Positions 12,601-24,500 of a stretch of DNA of 64,000 bases are shown here, piece by piece. Below the pieces are notes generated by a model that made no database searches, had not been told where the DNA came from, and saw only the letters and a list, made by a program, of their open reading frames with translations. This stretch comes from Antechinus flavipes (Eukaryota), in assembly GCF_016432865.1 (NCBI RefSeq), contig NC_067400.1:246264001-246328000 (forward strand), read 5' to 3'. Made by a program: the position numbers and the translations under genes. Within the stretch, counting starts at the first letter, position 1. Each line of letters begins with the position of its first letter.

Positions 12601-14625
12601 TTTTTTTCAGCACCATAATTCTTTTTTTAAATTATTATTATTATAGCATTTTCTTTTTTTATAATAACTTTTTATTGACAGAACCCATGCCAGGGTAATT
12701 TTTTTCACAATATCCCTTGCACTTGCTTCTGTTCTGATTTTTCCCCTCCCTCCCTCTACCTCCTCCCCTAGATGGCAAGCAGTCCTATATATGTTAAATA
12801 TGTTGCAGTATATCTCAGAAACAATATATGTTTGCAGAACCGAACAGTTCTTTTGTTGCACAGGGAGAACTGGATTCAGAAGGTAAAAATAACCCAGAAA
12901 GAAAAACAAAAATGCAAATAGTTCACATTCATTTCCCAGTGTTCTTTCTTTAGGTGTAGCTGCTTCTGTCCATCATTTATCAATTGAAACTGAGTTAGAT
13001 CTCTTTGTCAAAGAAATCCACTTCTATCAGAATACATCTTCATACAATATTGTTGTTGAAGTGTATAATGATCTCCGTGTTCTGCTCATTTCATTTAGCA
13101 TCAGTTCATGTAAGTCTCTCCAAGCCTCTCTGTATTCATCCTGCTGGTCATTTCTTACAGAACAATAATATTTCATAACATTCATATACCACAATTTACC
13201 CAGCCATTCTCCAATTGATGGGCATCCATTCAATTTCCAGTTTCTAGCCACTACAAACAGGGCTGCCACAAACATTTTGGCACATACAGGTCCCTTTCCC
13301 TTCTTTAGTATTTCTTTGGGATATAAGCACAGAAGTAACACTGCTGGATCAAAGGATATGCACGGTTTGATACCTTTTGGGGCATAATTCCAGATTACTC
13401 TCCAGAATGGTTGGATTCGTTCACAACTCCACCAACAATGCATCCGTGTCCCAGTTTTCCTGCATCTCCTCCAACATTGATCATTTTTTTTCCTGTCATC
13501 TTAGCCAATCTGACAGGTGTGTAGTGGTATCAGAGTTGTCTTAATTTGCATTTCTCTGATCAATAGTGACTTGAAATACTCTTTTATATGAATGGTAATA
13601 CTTTCAATTTCATCATCTGAAAATTGTCTGTTCATATCCTTTGACCATTTATCAATTGGAGAATGGCTTATAAATTTGAATCAATTCTCTTTATATTTTG
13701 GAAATGAGGCCTTTATCAGAACCTTTAACTATGAAGATGTTTTCCCAGTTTGTTAGCATTTTCTTTACAAGATATATGCATGGATAATTTTTCAGCATTG
13801 ACAATTGTAGAACCTTTTGTTCCAATTTTTCCCCTTCTTGCCCCCACCCACTCCCCCAGATGGCAGGTAGACCAATATATGTTAAATATGTTAAAGTATA
13901 TGTTAAATACAACATATGTGAAAATATCCATACAGTTATTTTGCTGCACAAGAAGAATCAGACTTTGAAATAATGTACAATTAACCTGTGAAGGAAATAA
14001 AAAATGCAGGCAGACAAAAACAGAGGGATTGGAAATGCTATGTAGTGGTTCACACTCATTTCCCAGAGTTCTTTCATTGAGTGTAGCTGGTTCTATTCAT
14101 TACTGAACAAATGGAACTGATTTGGTTCATCTCATTGTTAAGGAGAGCCATGTCCAAATCAGAATTGAACATCATATCGTATTGTTGTTGAAGTATATAG
14201 TGATCTCCTGGTCCTGCTCATTTCACTCAGCATCAGTTCATGTAAGTCCCTCCAGGCCTTTTTGAAATCATCCTGCTGGTCATTTCTTACAGAACAATAA
14301 TATTCCATAACATTCATATACCACAATTTATTCAGCCATTCTCCAATTGATGGGCATCCACTCAGTTTCCAGTTTCTGGCCACTACAAAAAGGGTTGCCA
14401 CAAACATTCTTGCACATTCAAGTCCCTTTCCCTTCTTTAAGATCTCTTTGGGATATAAGCCCAGTGGAAACATGATGGATCAAAGGGTATGCACAGTTTG
14501 ATAACGTTTTGACCATAGTTCCAAATTGCTCTCCAGAATGGCTGGATGTATTCACAATTCCATCAACAATGTATCAGTGTCCCAGTTTTTCTGTATCCCC
14601 TCCAACATTCCACATTATCTTTTCC
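12601..14625 (-). mobile_element. 5'-truncated LINE-1 (host element of a nested pair)
   Basis: TSD core TCTGACAGAAAA at 12586-12597 and 14626-14637; ORF2 C-terminus at 14159-14473; empty paralogous sites such as ~26562 and ~38753. Confidence 0.9.
12657..13753 (-). mobile_element. 5'-truncated LINE-1 inserted into the 3' tail of the L1 at 12601-14625
   Basis: 13-bp TSD TAGCATTTTCTTT at 12644-12656 and 13754-13766; ORF2 C-terminus at 13027-13443; 3'UTR differs from the host L1. Confidence 0.9.
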
Positions 14626-15944
14626 TCTGACAGAAAATTTAAGAGAAACTATTCTCTTCAGAGAGCCCAGTAATTTCTTCATGCCCCCAACTAATGGCCT
14701 CTCCTGACTCTCCCTTCTTCTTGATCCCCATTTGGTTCCCGAAAAGACTGGCCAACTGGTGGTCCTTTACAGCTTGGATACTTTTCTTCCAGCCAGATTA
14801 CTCCTTCTTGGTGGTCAAAGGTGAACAATTAGCTTGTCATCCAAGGTCTATTGAGTGAAGCCTAAAGGTTCTCTCTTTTCTTTCCTCTCTATTAAGCTTT
14901 TCCTTGTGATAAGAAAGTAGACCTTTTCAAGCTCNNNNNNNNNNNNNNNNNNNNNNNNNNNNNNNNNNNNNNNNNNNNNNNNNNNNNNNNNNNNNNNNNN
15001 NNNNNNNNNNNNNNNNNNNNNNNNNNNNNNNNNNNNNNNNNNNNNNNNNNNNNNNNNNNNNNNNNCTTTCTATCTCTGTCTCCCTTTCTGTCTCTGTCAC
15101 TGTCTCTGTTTCTGTTTCTCTTTCTTTTTCTCTCAGTCACTCACTGCTTCATCTTTATAATAAGACAAAAATCTCTCTTCAACACCAATTCTACATCATG
15201 AATTGTCCATTTGGGAATTTCAAATTGATGTCTCTTACACATCTCAAAATACCTGGAACTGCAAAAGATCTCATTCTCCTTCCTCAAAAGCAACTTATCT
15301 ATTTAAAACTGCTCTTAAAATGTCTAAAGAATTGACATCAAACCAGGAAATTAGGTTCTCAGACTTGGGGAAGATCTTGAGCTGTCTCTATTATCACATG
15401 CATCCAATCAGATAGCAAAATTTCTTTCTTCATTCCCAAAGTATGTAATCCTAACATTTCTTGCCACTTTTAAATCTCCATTTTAGATGAGCCTTCACAG
15501 TACTTTCTGCAAAATCTTTGGATTAGTCTCCATGCCTCAATTTTCTTCCCACCCAGATCAATCCTCTGCAATCTCCTGATACCACTAAGGCTATAACCAC
15601 TCCTAATCCCCAATCTCTACAATAATATTATGGTAAACTTCAGTTTCTTTTTGTTTTGTACTGGTTTAAGTAGATAGTCTCTATCTGGCATTCCACTTTC
15701 TTCATTAGCTGACCTCTTTAAACCTTCCCAGACTAAGTAAAATTTTCCTCCCAACATTTTGTAATTCTGCCCAATGTAGCTTACCTGTTTTCATTATAAC
15801 AATGCTTTTCATGTTTCTTCTCCTTGACTTTTCTCTGTCTGGTTGCCTACAAGGCCAAAATTCCTCTTCATTCTATTTCTCTCTCTTCTGACTTTTGATA
15901 GTCAAAAAGACTCTTGGGTTAAATCCCACCTATGCAATGCCTGT

Positions 15945-16292
15945 TGTAAAGGGCTGAAAGTATTGGGTTGATGCACTGAGGTCGGAACTGCTGAGCTCTC
16001 TTCTGAGCTAACTTCTGATTGGACTTTATGGGCATATTGGAAAATGGTCCTTTCCACTATCCGTACTGGCTCAGTGATTGGTGTATAGAGGATTGTAGGA
16101 GGGACTGGAGGTGGAATAAGACAAGCGAGGGTCACACTATTGGCGGTAGTCGAGGGAGAAGGCAGTCGGGGAGATTCTGCTTCCATTCTGTTCAATCCTG
16201 CGTCTGGGGACCAAGAATGAAGATTAAGGACTTTTACTTATCCTGACTCCAGCTGATTCTGGGGTGTCCTGGGTATTAACGCGGTCATCACA
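15945..16292. mobile_element. Solo LTR (348 bp)
   Basis: TG...CA ends (TGTAAAG...ATCACA); 6-bp TSD GCCTGT at 15939-15944 and 16293-16298; absent at the paralogous site ~8453-8460. Confidence 0.9.
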
Positions 16293-16976
16293 GCCTGTGG
16301 TTCTAGGGGCTTGAATCTTTGCCTTTGAAATCTCCCATCACCTCCCCCTCCCCTTCCCTTCCCGCCCCCCACCATGTTTGTGACAGGTTTCTTGTTATTT
16401 TCATATTTTTATTGTACTTAAAACTTTATACCTTTCTGAAAACCAGGATTCTGGTGACATTTCTTTCTATTTCCATCCCTAAATGCAAAGTACAGGTGGA
16501 GTATAAACAATGCTTATAATGGTTTGGGAATGATAATTAGATTACCTAATTCCATGCATTTTTTCCTCCACATTTATCTCAATTTCAATTTGAAACTTGT
16601 TGTCCCTTCATTCTCAAAAAGAACTGTTCAAAAGAAATAGAATTCTGAAGCAGAAAGATTCAGAAGGCTAAGCTTTCAAGTTGTGAAATAAGGGCAATAT
16701 CCCCAAAAAAAGCCTACCATGAAGACTGTGTAGAGCACCAGTCACATGAACTACATATGTTTGGCAACATTACAATCATTTCTCATGAGAGCAATGACAT
16801 CCTTGGTAGAATCTTCATAGAGAAACATCATATCAAGAGAAAACAACACCCTTAATGAGCTGGAGAAATTCTTCTCAAGCAACAAACTATGACAAGAATG
16901 TGATTTTGCTCTTGTAAGTTCACTAATAGGAATTATGCAATTTAGAAGTAATGGGCCACACCTCCTTCCGAAAGAG

Positions 16977-16983
16977 TATAAAA
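16977..16983 (+). promoter_or_regulatory. TATA box of copy 2
   Basis: TATAAAA 85 bp upstream of the ATG at 17062. Confidence 0.85.
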
Positions 16984-17061
16984 GTCCCCCTCAACATGTT
17001 CCCCTACACACTCACCCAAAGCAAACCCTGAGATCCTTCCAAATCTGTGAAACTTGAAACC

Positions 17062-17289
17062 ATGTGCTACTACGGCAGCTACTATGGAGGCCTGGGCTAT
17101 GGCTATGGCTCTGGTTATGGCTGTGGATGTGGCAGCTACCGTGGCCTAGGCTATGGCTATGGCAGCTGTGGCTGTAGAGGCCTGGGCTATGGTGGCTATG
17201 GCTATGGAGGCCTGGGTTATGGTGGCTATGGCTATGGCTGCTGCCGCCCATCTTGCTGTGGAAGGTATTCTTCTTATGGCTTCTACTGA
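17062..17289 (+). CDS. KRTAP: HGT keratin-associated protein, copy 2 (75 aa)
   Basis: Protein identical to copy 1; one silent GGC>GGT difference. Confidence 0.95.
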   Translation: MCYYGSYYGGLGYGYGSGYGCGCGSYRGLGYGYGSCGCRGLGYGGYGYGGLGYGGYGYGCCRPSCCGRYSSYGFY

Positions 17290-17756
17290 AAAACCACCTG
17301 CTCCTGCAGTGTCCTGGAATCCTCGGGCAACCCTGCTTGGTGTAATTCCATGGCATTTTAAAGACATCACCTTCCACCTGCTTCTACACCTGGGTGATAT
17401 AGGAGAGACACCACAAGAAGTCTCAGTATTCCTATGAAACACTTAGAGCAGTGAAATGCCAGGGATTCAGAAGCACCTGGACCCTTCCCTCTGGGAAATG
17501 ATACTGAATCTCAGCAGAGATTCCAGAAGGTGTACTCAGCTCTGATACATCATGCTGAGAGATCTGTTATAATTTTTAATAAAGTTATTTCACTTATTGA
17601 TGAAACTGATTTCATGACTTTTTCTTGATCTCCAGCTACATGCGTGTCAATCTCAAACCACAACTCATTCAATCTCAACTTAACACTTGGGTATAACTGC
17701 AAAATATTTGATCTCCAATTCATATTTTGCAATGAAAGGAGAATTCTCCAGATTTC

Positions 17757-17758
<2 letters not shown>

Positions 17759-17794
<36 letters not shown>
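17759..17794. repeat. (TG)n microsatellite in the 3' flank of copy 2
   Basis: 18 TG units; paralogous to 29204-29251; absent from the copy 1 flank. Confidence 0.95.
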
Positions 17795-17798
<4 letters not shown>

Positions 17799-18846
17799 AA
17801 AGCATTTTGTCTTCTTATTCAAAATGGGAATTCAGCAGCACTTAAATTTAGTAATGCCATAATGCATAATATCCAGGTCCCATTTTAGTACACTAAAAAA
17901 ATTTATCCCTATTTTATCTAGGCCTGTCTCTTACATTCCAAGTGCATACTTACTGGCTTTTAATATTCAAGATGTCTCAAAGATTTCCATGTTCATTATT
18001 CCAAGCTCATTGTTTATCACTTCCAAATGCAAATGGTCAGTAATGACTGTTACCATGTGGAATAATCCACTGATTTCTAGTTATCTTTCACCCCTTTGTT
18101 ATCAAATACCAATATGAAGTTTAAGAGGACAGGACAAATGAAAAACATACAACAAAAACTACAAAACAGAGTTATATGTCAAGCCTGAAGGGTTTCATTG
18201 AACTATGCCCTTCTATACATCTCTTCCAACAAACTACACAGCCAGTCCAGTTCACAACATTGTCCTTGAACTGAGGCTCTTCCACCCATGTGGGAATTTG
18301 ACTAATTTTAAAGAATGTCTTCAAACCCCTCAAATACCTAAACTCTCTAATTAACTCAGACTCCAAAGGGAAGAAAGTATCTTATAGAGGACCACAAATG
18401 GAGGGCAACCCTGGGCAAAATATAAAACCTTTAACTCAGTATGGAACCCTGCTGACATGTCTGGTTTGGCTCTCTATCCCCTCCTAACAGTTTTTCAGCC
18501 TTCCTGAGAAATCGGGGGTATGACAACTTGTGCTATATTTAAAGCAGAGTTGTCCTGTCATGGTAAGGAAACATCTATTAAATAATAGCAAGTTGGTGCA
18601 TATGCAGTATCCTATAAGTGCATGCACAGTACTCTATAGTTAGTGCATGAGCAAGACTACAATTATTTAAGAGTGTAAAGTATATAAAGAGGAAAGTTTC
18701 CTTAAATAACTGTACTCCTTTTTGAATATCATCCTGAGTCCTGCCTCTTCACTCCTCACCCGAGATCAGGGCTTGGGGCTGGTACGTCCATGAGCAGAAC
18801 CAGACATTCAGGGCTTAGGCTAATCCCGAAGTCCTCCCATAACAAC

Positions 18847-18864
18847 TGGTGCCCACTGTGGGAC
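18847..18864 (+). promoter_or_regulatory. Primer-binding site resembling tRNA-Lys1,2 PBS
   Basis: TGGTGCCCACTGTGGGAC immediately after the 5' LTR, versus canonical TGGCGCCCAACGTGGGGC. Confidence 0.7.
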
Positions 18865-18999
18865 CAGGAGCAGCTCAGCTGATGAAAACAGTGTGAGTTT
18901 GGGTGGGGCATCCCCATTCCCCAGGAACAGTGTAAGTATAAATACTCAACAGGAAGATTCAGCAAGGGCTAAGCTAGTCACTTTCATTTTCCAGCCAAA

Positions 19000-20700
19000 A
19001 TGAAAAATGCTTGGTTTGGTTAACAAAAGAGCAAGATTGTTAGTTATTCAGAAGTACATCACTGAGGTCTTAGATATTGTGGAGTCCACGTTTTCATAGC
19101 TCCCTACAGAGGAGATTTTGGAGCCAGAGAAGTGGAAGATAGTGAGAGAACAACTAACTGAATATTACCATATTGCAAGCCCTGGCTTAATCCTTGAACA
19201 CACATTCCTTATGTACAATGTTTTTAAAAAAATGTCTTTGAGAGATCTTTCAAGTTATCAAGAAAAGAGGGCTTTTAGTGTAGGGTGCCAAACAAAAGAG
19301 GATGAGGAAAATAAACAAAAAGATAGTGAACAACCCTAAAGGGTGGGGCATATTGAACAAAGACAAAGACAAAGATAGTTTGGGGAGGGTATAAAGGGTG
19401 TGTCACTTCCCCATTTCTCAGCCTGCCTGCAATTCCCCATGCACCCGCACCAAATCTCCCATTCCCTTATCCACTGTTTTTTCATCCTCCTTCCTCAAAT
19501 CTGCATTTGTGGGCAGGAGACAGAAAAACAGGAAGGGCAGTGGTGCTCTCAGCACTTTCAGTGTCGCCATCTTGTTCTCCTCTTATGTCCTGATTAGAAG
19601 AGGTACTGTTTAAGGCAAGGGAAGAGACCTGAGCCCTGAATATTTTCTTCTGCCCAAGCCCTGATCTCAAGTAAGGAGTGAAGAGGTGGGACTCAGAGAA
19701 TATTCAAATAGGAGTCTGTTTATTCAAGAAAGAGATGTGTTTGTATTGACAGTGGAAGCATACCCTGTAATTGAAGAACTGGAACTTAATGGGCCCCCAA
19801 GTCAAATTAGGACAGGACAAGCGCCTTTTGACCTAGAAGTTATCAAAGATTTGAAAAAGGCTTGCAACTTCTATGGGCCTATATGTTATGTTATGTAATG
19901 TTACAGTGTTATTAGAATATTTGGCTTATGAAATCTTAACCCCTAATGATTTGAAATCCACAGAAAAAGTACGTTTAGAATTTGGGCAGATTATTGTGGC
20001 TTTCTGAGTATAGTGAACTCTGTCAAACTCTGCCCAATGAAATGAGCAGTCTGAAGTTAATATACAAGTCACCTTTGATTAATTGGCAGGTGTAAGTTCA
20101 TATGCAGACAACTTAGCACAAATTAATCATCCTTTGGCAGCTTATGAGGAAATTCCTTCTGTTGCTAGCAAAGCATGGGGCATTCTCACAGGAAAACAAG
20201 ATAAAGGGGAAGCTTTCACAAAAATAGTGCAGAGTCCCAGTGAACCCTTTGCAGACTTTGTGGGATGTCTACAGACCATTGTCATATGGATTGTTGGGGA
20301 AATGAAGCAACAGAAATTATGATAAAACAAATTACTAGAGAAAACGCTAATGAGGAGTGTAAAAGAATTATACTGGGGCTCAAAAAGATTGCCCTTTTAC
20401 ATGAGATCATAAGGTGCTTTGCCAGAGTGGGCACATATACCTTTTATGCCCAGATTATGATGCAAGCCTTTCAAAACCTGAACACAGGAAAAACAGGGGA
20501 GGGACACCCAAGGAGACTTTTCAGTGCTTTCAATGTGGTAAAACAGGGTATTTGAGAGTTCAATGCTGGCAATAATAATAATAATAAAGAGAAAAAATGA
20601 AGTGAAAAAATGGGTAGAAGAACAAGACCTAAAACCCCATGTGCAAAATCTAATAAGAGTTTCTCCTGAGCATCAGAATGAAAATAGGCCCAGGGAAATG
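19000..20700 (+). pseudogene. Retroviral gag remnant (boundaries approximate)
   Basis: PFDLEVIKDLKKAC..YGP capsid motif (ORF 19686-19898); capsid C-terminal remnant IVQSPSEPFADFV (20083-20322); degenerate zinc knuckle CFQCGKTGYLRVQC near 20525-20568. Confidence 0.8.
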
Positions 20701-21142
20701 GAAGGTGGGGCTCAGAGCCGGGTCACAGGCACAAAACACTTGAGGCATGATGGCAAATATGCCAATGGGGCAGGGGGGTGGAAATTAGGACAAATAGAGT
20801 TGCATGCCAGCAGGACTACTATGATATTCCTTGGAAAGTTGAAACCTGTCGCCATCCAGCCTACAGACCCCTTCTCTTCACATTCAGTAGGCTTGACCAT
20901 TTCACCCTCTGACAATGCTTACAAAACAATGTCTATACATACACTGATCTGGGAAACTGGGGAATGTCCCAGTCACTAGTACAGGTAAACAATATGTGAT
21001 CTATCACAAAGGAGAAGTAGTAGCATCAGGCCTCCTGATACACAGTCCTGGTGTGCAATTTGGTGATATTTACTCAGATTTTGACTCCCAACAACAGAAT
21101 CCATGAATATTCTGTAAAGCAGATGTTACAGCTGACCATCCT

Positions 21143-21406
21143 ATGCTCACTATTTATGTAAATAGTGTACCACTAAAGGTGTTGGTAGACACAGGTGCAG
21201 ATTACACAGTCATTAGAAGCACCAGCTGGCCCAGTCAATGGCTAAAGATTGCAGCAAACTCCCATATGTCTGATATAGGAGAATCCAGGTCAACTGAACT
21301 TAGTGTCACCCCTTTAAGATGGAAATTTGAAAATAAAATGGGAGTGTTCACCCTATTTGTAGTTAAACAAATCCCTATCAATCTGTGGGAAAGACACATT
21401 TTATAG
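21143..21406 (+). pseudogene. Retroviral aspartic protease remnant
   Basis: ORF contains LKVLVDTGADYTVI (DTG active site). Confidence 0.85.
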
Positions 21407-21989
21407 TAGTTGAGATTACAATTGAGCACCTCAGCTTTTTAGAAAGAGCTATTGTTGAAGGCCTGCCAGCCCTTACCCCTATCCCTATCCAATGGAAAAT
21501 TAATATATCTCTGTAGGTGAAATAGTGATCCTTAACCAGTGGAAAAAATCAAGCCTTATTAGTTATAATACAAGAGCAATTTGCCCAAGGTCACCTACAG
21601 CCTTTTGTGAGCCTTTGGATTTCCTTGTATTTAATATAAAAAATAAATCTGGGAGGTGGAGGATGTTAACTAGTCTAAGAAAAGTAAATGATCAAATGGA
21701 CACAATGGAAGCTCTTCAGCCTGGGCTTCTACCCCTAACTCAATTGCCTAGAGAATATTCTCTTTGGGTATAGACGTTAAGGACTACTTCTACTTTATCC
21801 CTCTGGATAGAGAGGATATGAAAAGATTTGCTTTTTCAGTGTCCAGCAGAATTTAACCAAACCATATAAAAGATTTGAAGGGACAGTTTTATCACAGGGA
21901 ATGAAAAATACCACCCCCTCCATGTATCAGATATATGTAGCTGCTACTCTTGCTCCTGTAAGGAAAGCATTTCCAAAATGTAATTATAC

Positions 21990-22181
21990 TAGGGCTCCTC
22001 AAACTACAGTTTGTGGGCCAGATGTGGCAGCTGAGGACAATTATCCCCCTCACCCAGGGCTATGAAGTTTCTTTACTTAAAGGCCCACAAAACAAAGTTT
22101 TTGTTTTTACTATAGTCCGGCCTTCCAACAGTCTGAGGGACAGTGAACTGGCCCCCTATTTAAAAAGTTTGAGGATCTCTT
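21990..22181 (+). mobile_element. Non-autonomous hAT/Charlie DNA transposon (OC1-like MITE, 192 bp)
   Basis: Degenerate terminal inverted repeats TAGGGCTCCTCAAACT ... AGTTTGAGGATCTCTT (cf. CAGGGGTCCTCAAACT); decayed 8-bp TSD AATTATAC/TGTTATAG; provirus B has the empty site TATTATAC at ~31663-31670. Confidence 0.8.
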
Positions 22182-22950
22182 TGTTATAGTATATGGATGA
22201 CATTTTAGGATGTACCCATGAGGAGCAAATGTTAGAAGCATGCTTGCAGAAGACCATAGAAATATTAAGGTACTATTGGTTGAACATAGCACCAGAAAAA
22301 AGTCAAAGGCATGCTCCTTTTCAATATTTAGGAAATGAAGTATACCCTAAGGCACTTATGGTACAAAAACTTTCCTTAAGAACAGAGAAATTGACCACTT
22401 TAAATGACTTTCAGAAATTGATAACAGCTATCCTATGGATGTGTCCAGTGTTAGGCTTAACTACTCATCAACTACAATCATTGTATGATATCTTAAGGAG
22501 AGATACTGCTTTGGATTCTCCTTGTCAGCTTATGAAGGAAGTCCAAGAAGCTCTGAGTGACGTTGAACTGGCTTTATCCATTGAGGTTGAAAGACTCACT
22601 CAAAAACCCTTGGAAATAAAGTTTTTTACTGTAAAGGAAACACCTACAGAAATTCTCCATCCAAGGAGACAGTGTAATCAAATGGGTGATCCTCTTGGCA
22701 TAACCAGGCCAAAGCCTCATTTCTTATCCAGTGGTATATGATTCAGCTTATTCACTCAGATAAAATTTGTAGCATCTAACATATTTCAGCTTTTAAGGAA
22801 CTTCAGGAGCAAGTGCAAAGCCATCCAAGTAAGTATCATCTCTTGCATTTTCCTTCTCATTTTGGTCTTCCTGGACCTATTTTTTATGGAAACTCAGAAA
22901 CAGATTATCTTCTCGCTGTGGTAACCAACACTCTTCTATTTCAGGCCACC

Positions 22951-23531
22951 TGTTGGAATCCTTACAAAGTGTTAACTCATTTAGAGTTGATAGAGACAAT
23001 AATTATCTAATTTAGCATGGTTCAGTATGATCGATCTGATCTTACAAGTTATGGGCCATAACTTGAAACAAGGTACTAAGTGGAACTGATAGAAACAATG
23101 CTTGTGCTCACACCTTTAGAGAGTTCATATAAGCAAGAAGCTCTTAGGGCCAGAGAGCACTCTGGGACAGACACAGAGCACTCTAGGAGATTGAGAGCTA
23201 GAAGCCCTCTCTTGGAGGCAAGACAGATTCATTCCAACTTTCACCATGGTGCTGGCTGGAGACATTTGGAAAAAGAGAAGCCGAAGCTGGCAGAGGCAAA
23301 ACATTAGTGACAAGAGCTCTTGGAACCAAGAGCTAGGCCTCTAAGAAAGAGAACTGGGTCCCAGGGAGAAGATTCAGAAACCAGAGATAATAAAGGATTT
23401 GAACTTTTAATACCTGGCTGCATTTGGAGTGATTATTACTCTGAACCGAAACTAAGATTGCCTCCAGAAAACCTCCCCAAGAAACCTGCTCCCAGAGAGA
23501 ACCATTATATTTTAAAGAAGAGAACACCACA
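22951..23531 (+). mobile_element. Solo LTR nested in the integrase of provirus A
   Basis: TGTTGGAATC...CACCACA; 6-bp TSD GCCACC/GCCATC; empty site in provirus B at ~32831; same family as 44154-44836. Confidence 0.9.
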
Positions 23532-24385
23532 GCCATCCAAGAATCTCATTCTAAATATCAGGCCATATGAGCTTTATGTCTGCAGAACGTAAACAAAAGA
23601 AAAACAAATAAACAAAAACAAAAACAAAAAAACAAACAAACAAAAAAAAAGAACAATAGAAGAGGAAGTGAGGAGCATAGTAAAAGCCTGTTCAACTTGC
23701 TTCCCTTTCCATGCTCCTATGCTCATTCCAGGGAAGAATCCTGCTTCAATCTTCAAGGACAGATAATAGTAGAAAGAAAAAATATTAAGATATTTTATGG
23801 AAACTCAGAAACATATTATCTTCTCACCATGGTAACCAACACTCTTCTATTTCAGGCCACCTGTTGGAATCCTTACAAAGTGTTAACTCATTAGAGTTGA
23901 TAGAGACAATAATTATCTAATTTAGCATGGTTCAGTATGATTGATCTGATCTTACAAGCTATGTAAGATATTAAGATGCTCCTCCAAAAACAAAAAAGAG
24001 GGGGTCACCATGGGTAATTCTAGAGAATTTCTAAACTTAGCCCTTTATACTATCAATTTTCTGGTTTTTGATGAGCAGACAGGTTTTATAGCTCACCAAA
24101 AGGCTAATGTCCAGTGCAAACAACTCCAAAATCTTACATATTTGCCAGTTGATGTGGAGAGATCCGGAGAATAGTGAATAGAAGGAACCAGATAGATTAA
24201 CCACTTGAGGCAAAGGGTTTCTATCTACAGATAGAAAAAGAATCCAATGGGTGCTGATTTGTCCATCAAAGAGAGACAGAAAAAGAGAAGATCCTCGAAA
24301 TGAAGAAGGCCCAGGAAATTGACTCTGACTACACTTGCCACTGAAGGAACATGCTGTTAGCCCTATGTATATGGCAATTGACTAT

Positions 24386-24500
24386 GCAGGACTTCAAAGC
24401 CTGCAGGAATCATTGGGTTCCCTGATACATGAAGTGATGGACACTAGATTGGCTTTGGACTCTCTTATGGCTACTAAATGATGTGTGCATGTGGCCTCGC
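24386..24500 (+). pseudogene. env TM remnant with immunosuppressive-domain-like motif (provirus A)
   Basis: Manual translation AGLQSLQESLGSLIHEVMDTRLALDSLMATK*CVHV; SU region absent. Confidence 0.65.

Larger units (their letters stand above)
21470..24300 (+). pseudogene. Retroviral pol remnant (RT/IN), interrupted by insertions and deletions
   Basis: IKNKSGRWRMLTSLRKVN, YMDDILG and KLTTLNDFQKL motifs typical of betaretroviral RT; disrupted by a MITE, a solo LTR and deletions. Confidence 0.85.

Noticed and set aside
20700-21100. Possible dUTPase domain upstream of the protease
   Set aside because: Expected for betaretroviruses and faintly suggested (ELHASRTT..I..G..KPV), but too degraded to call without an HMM search.
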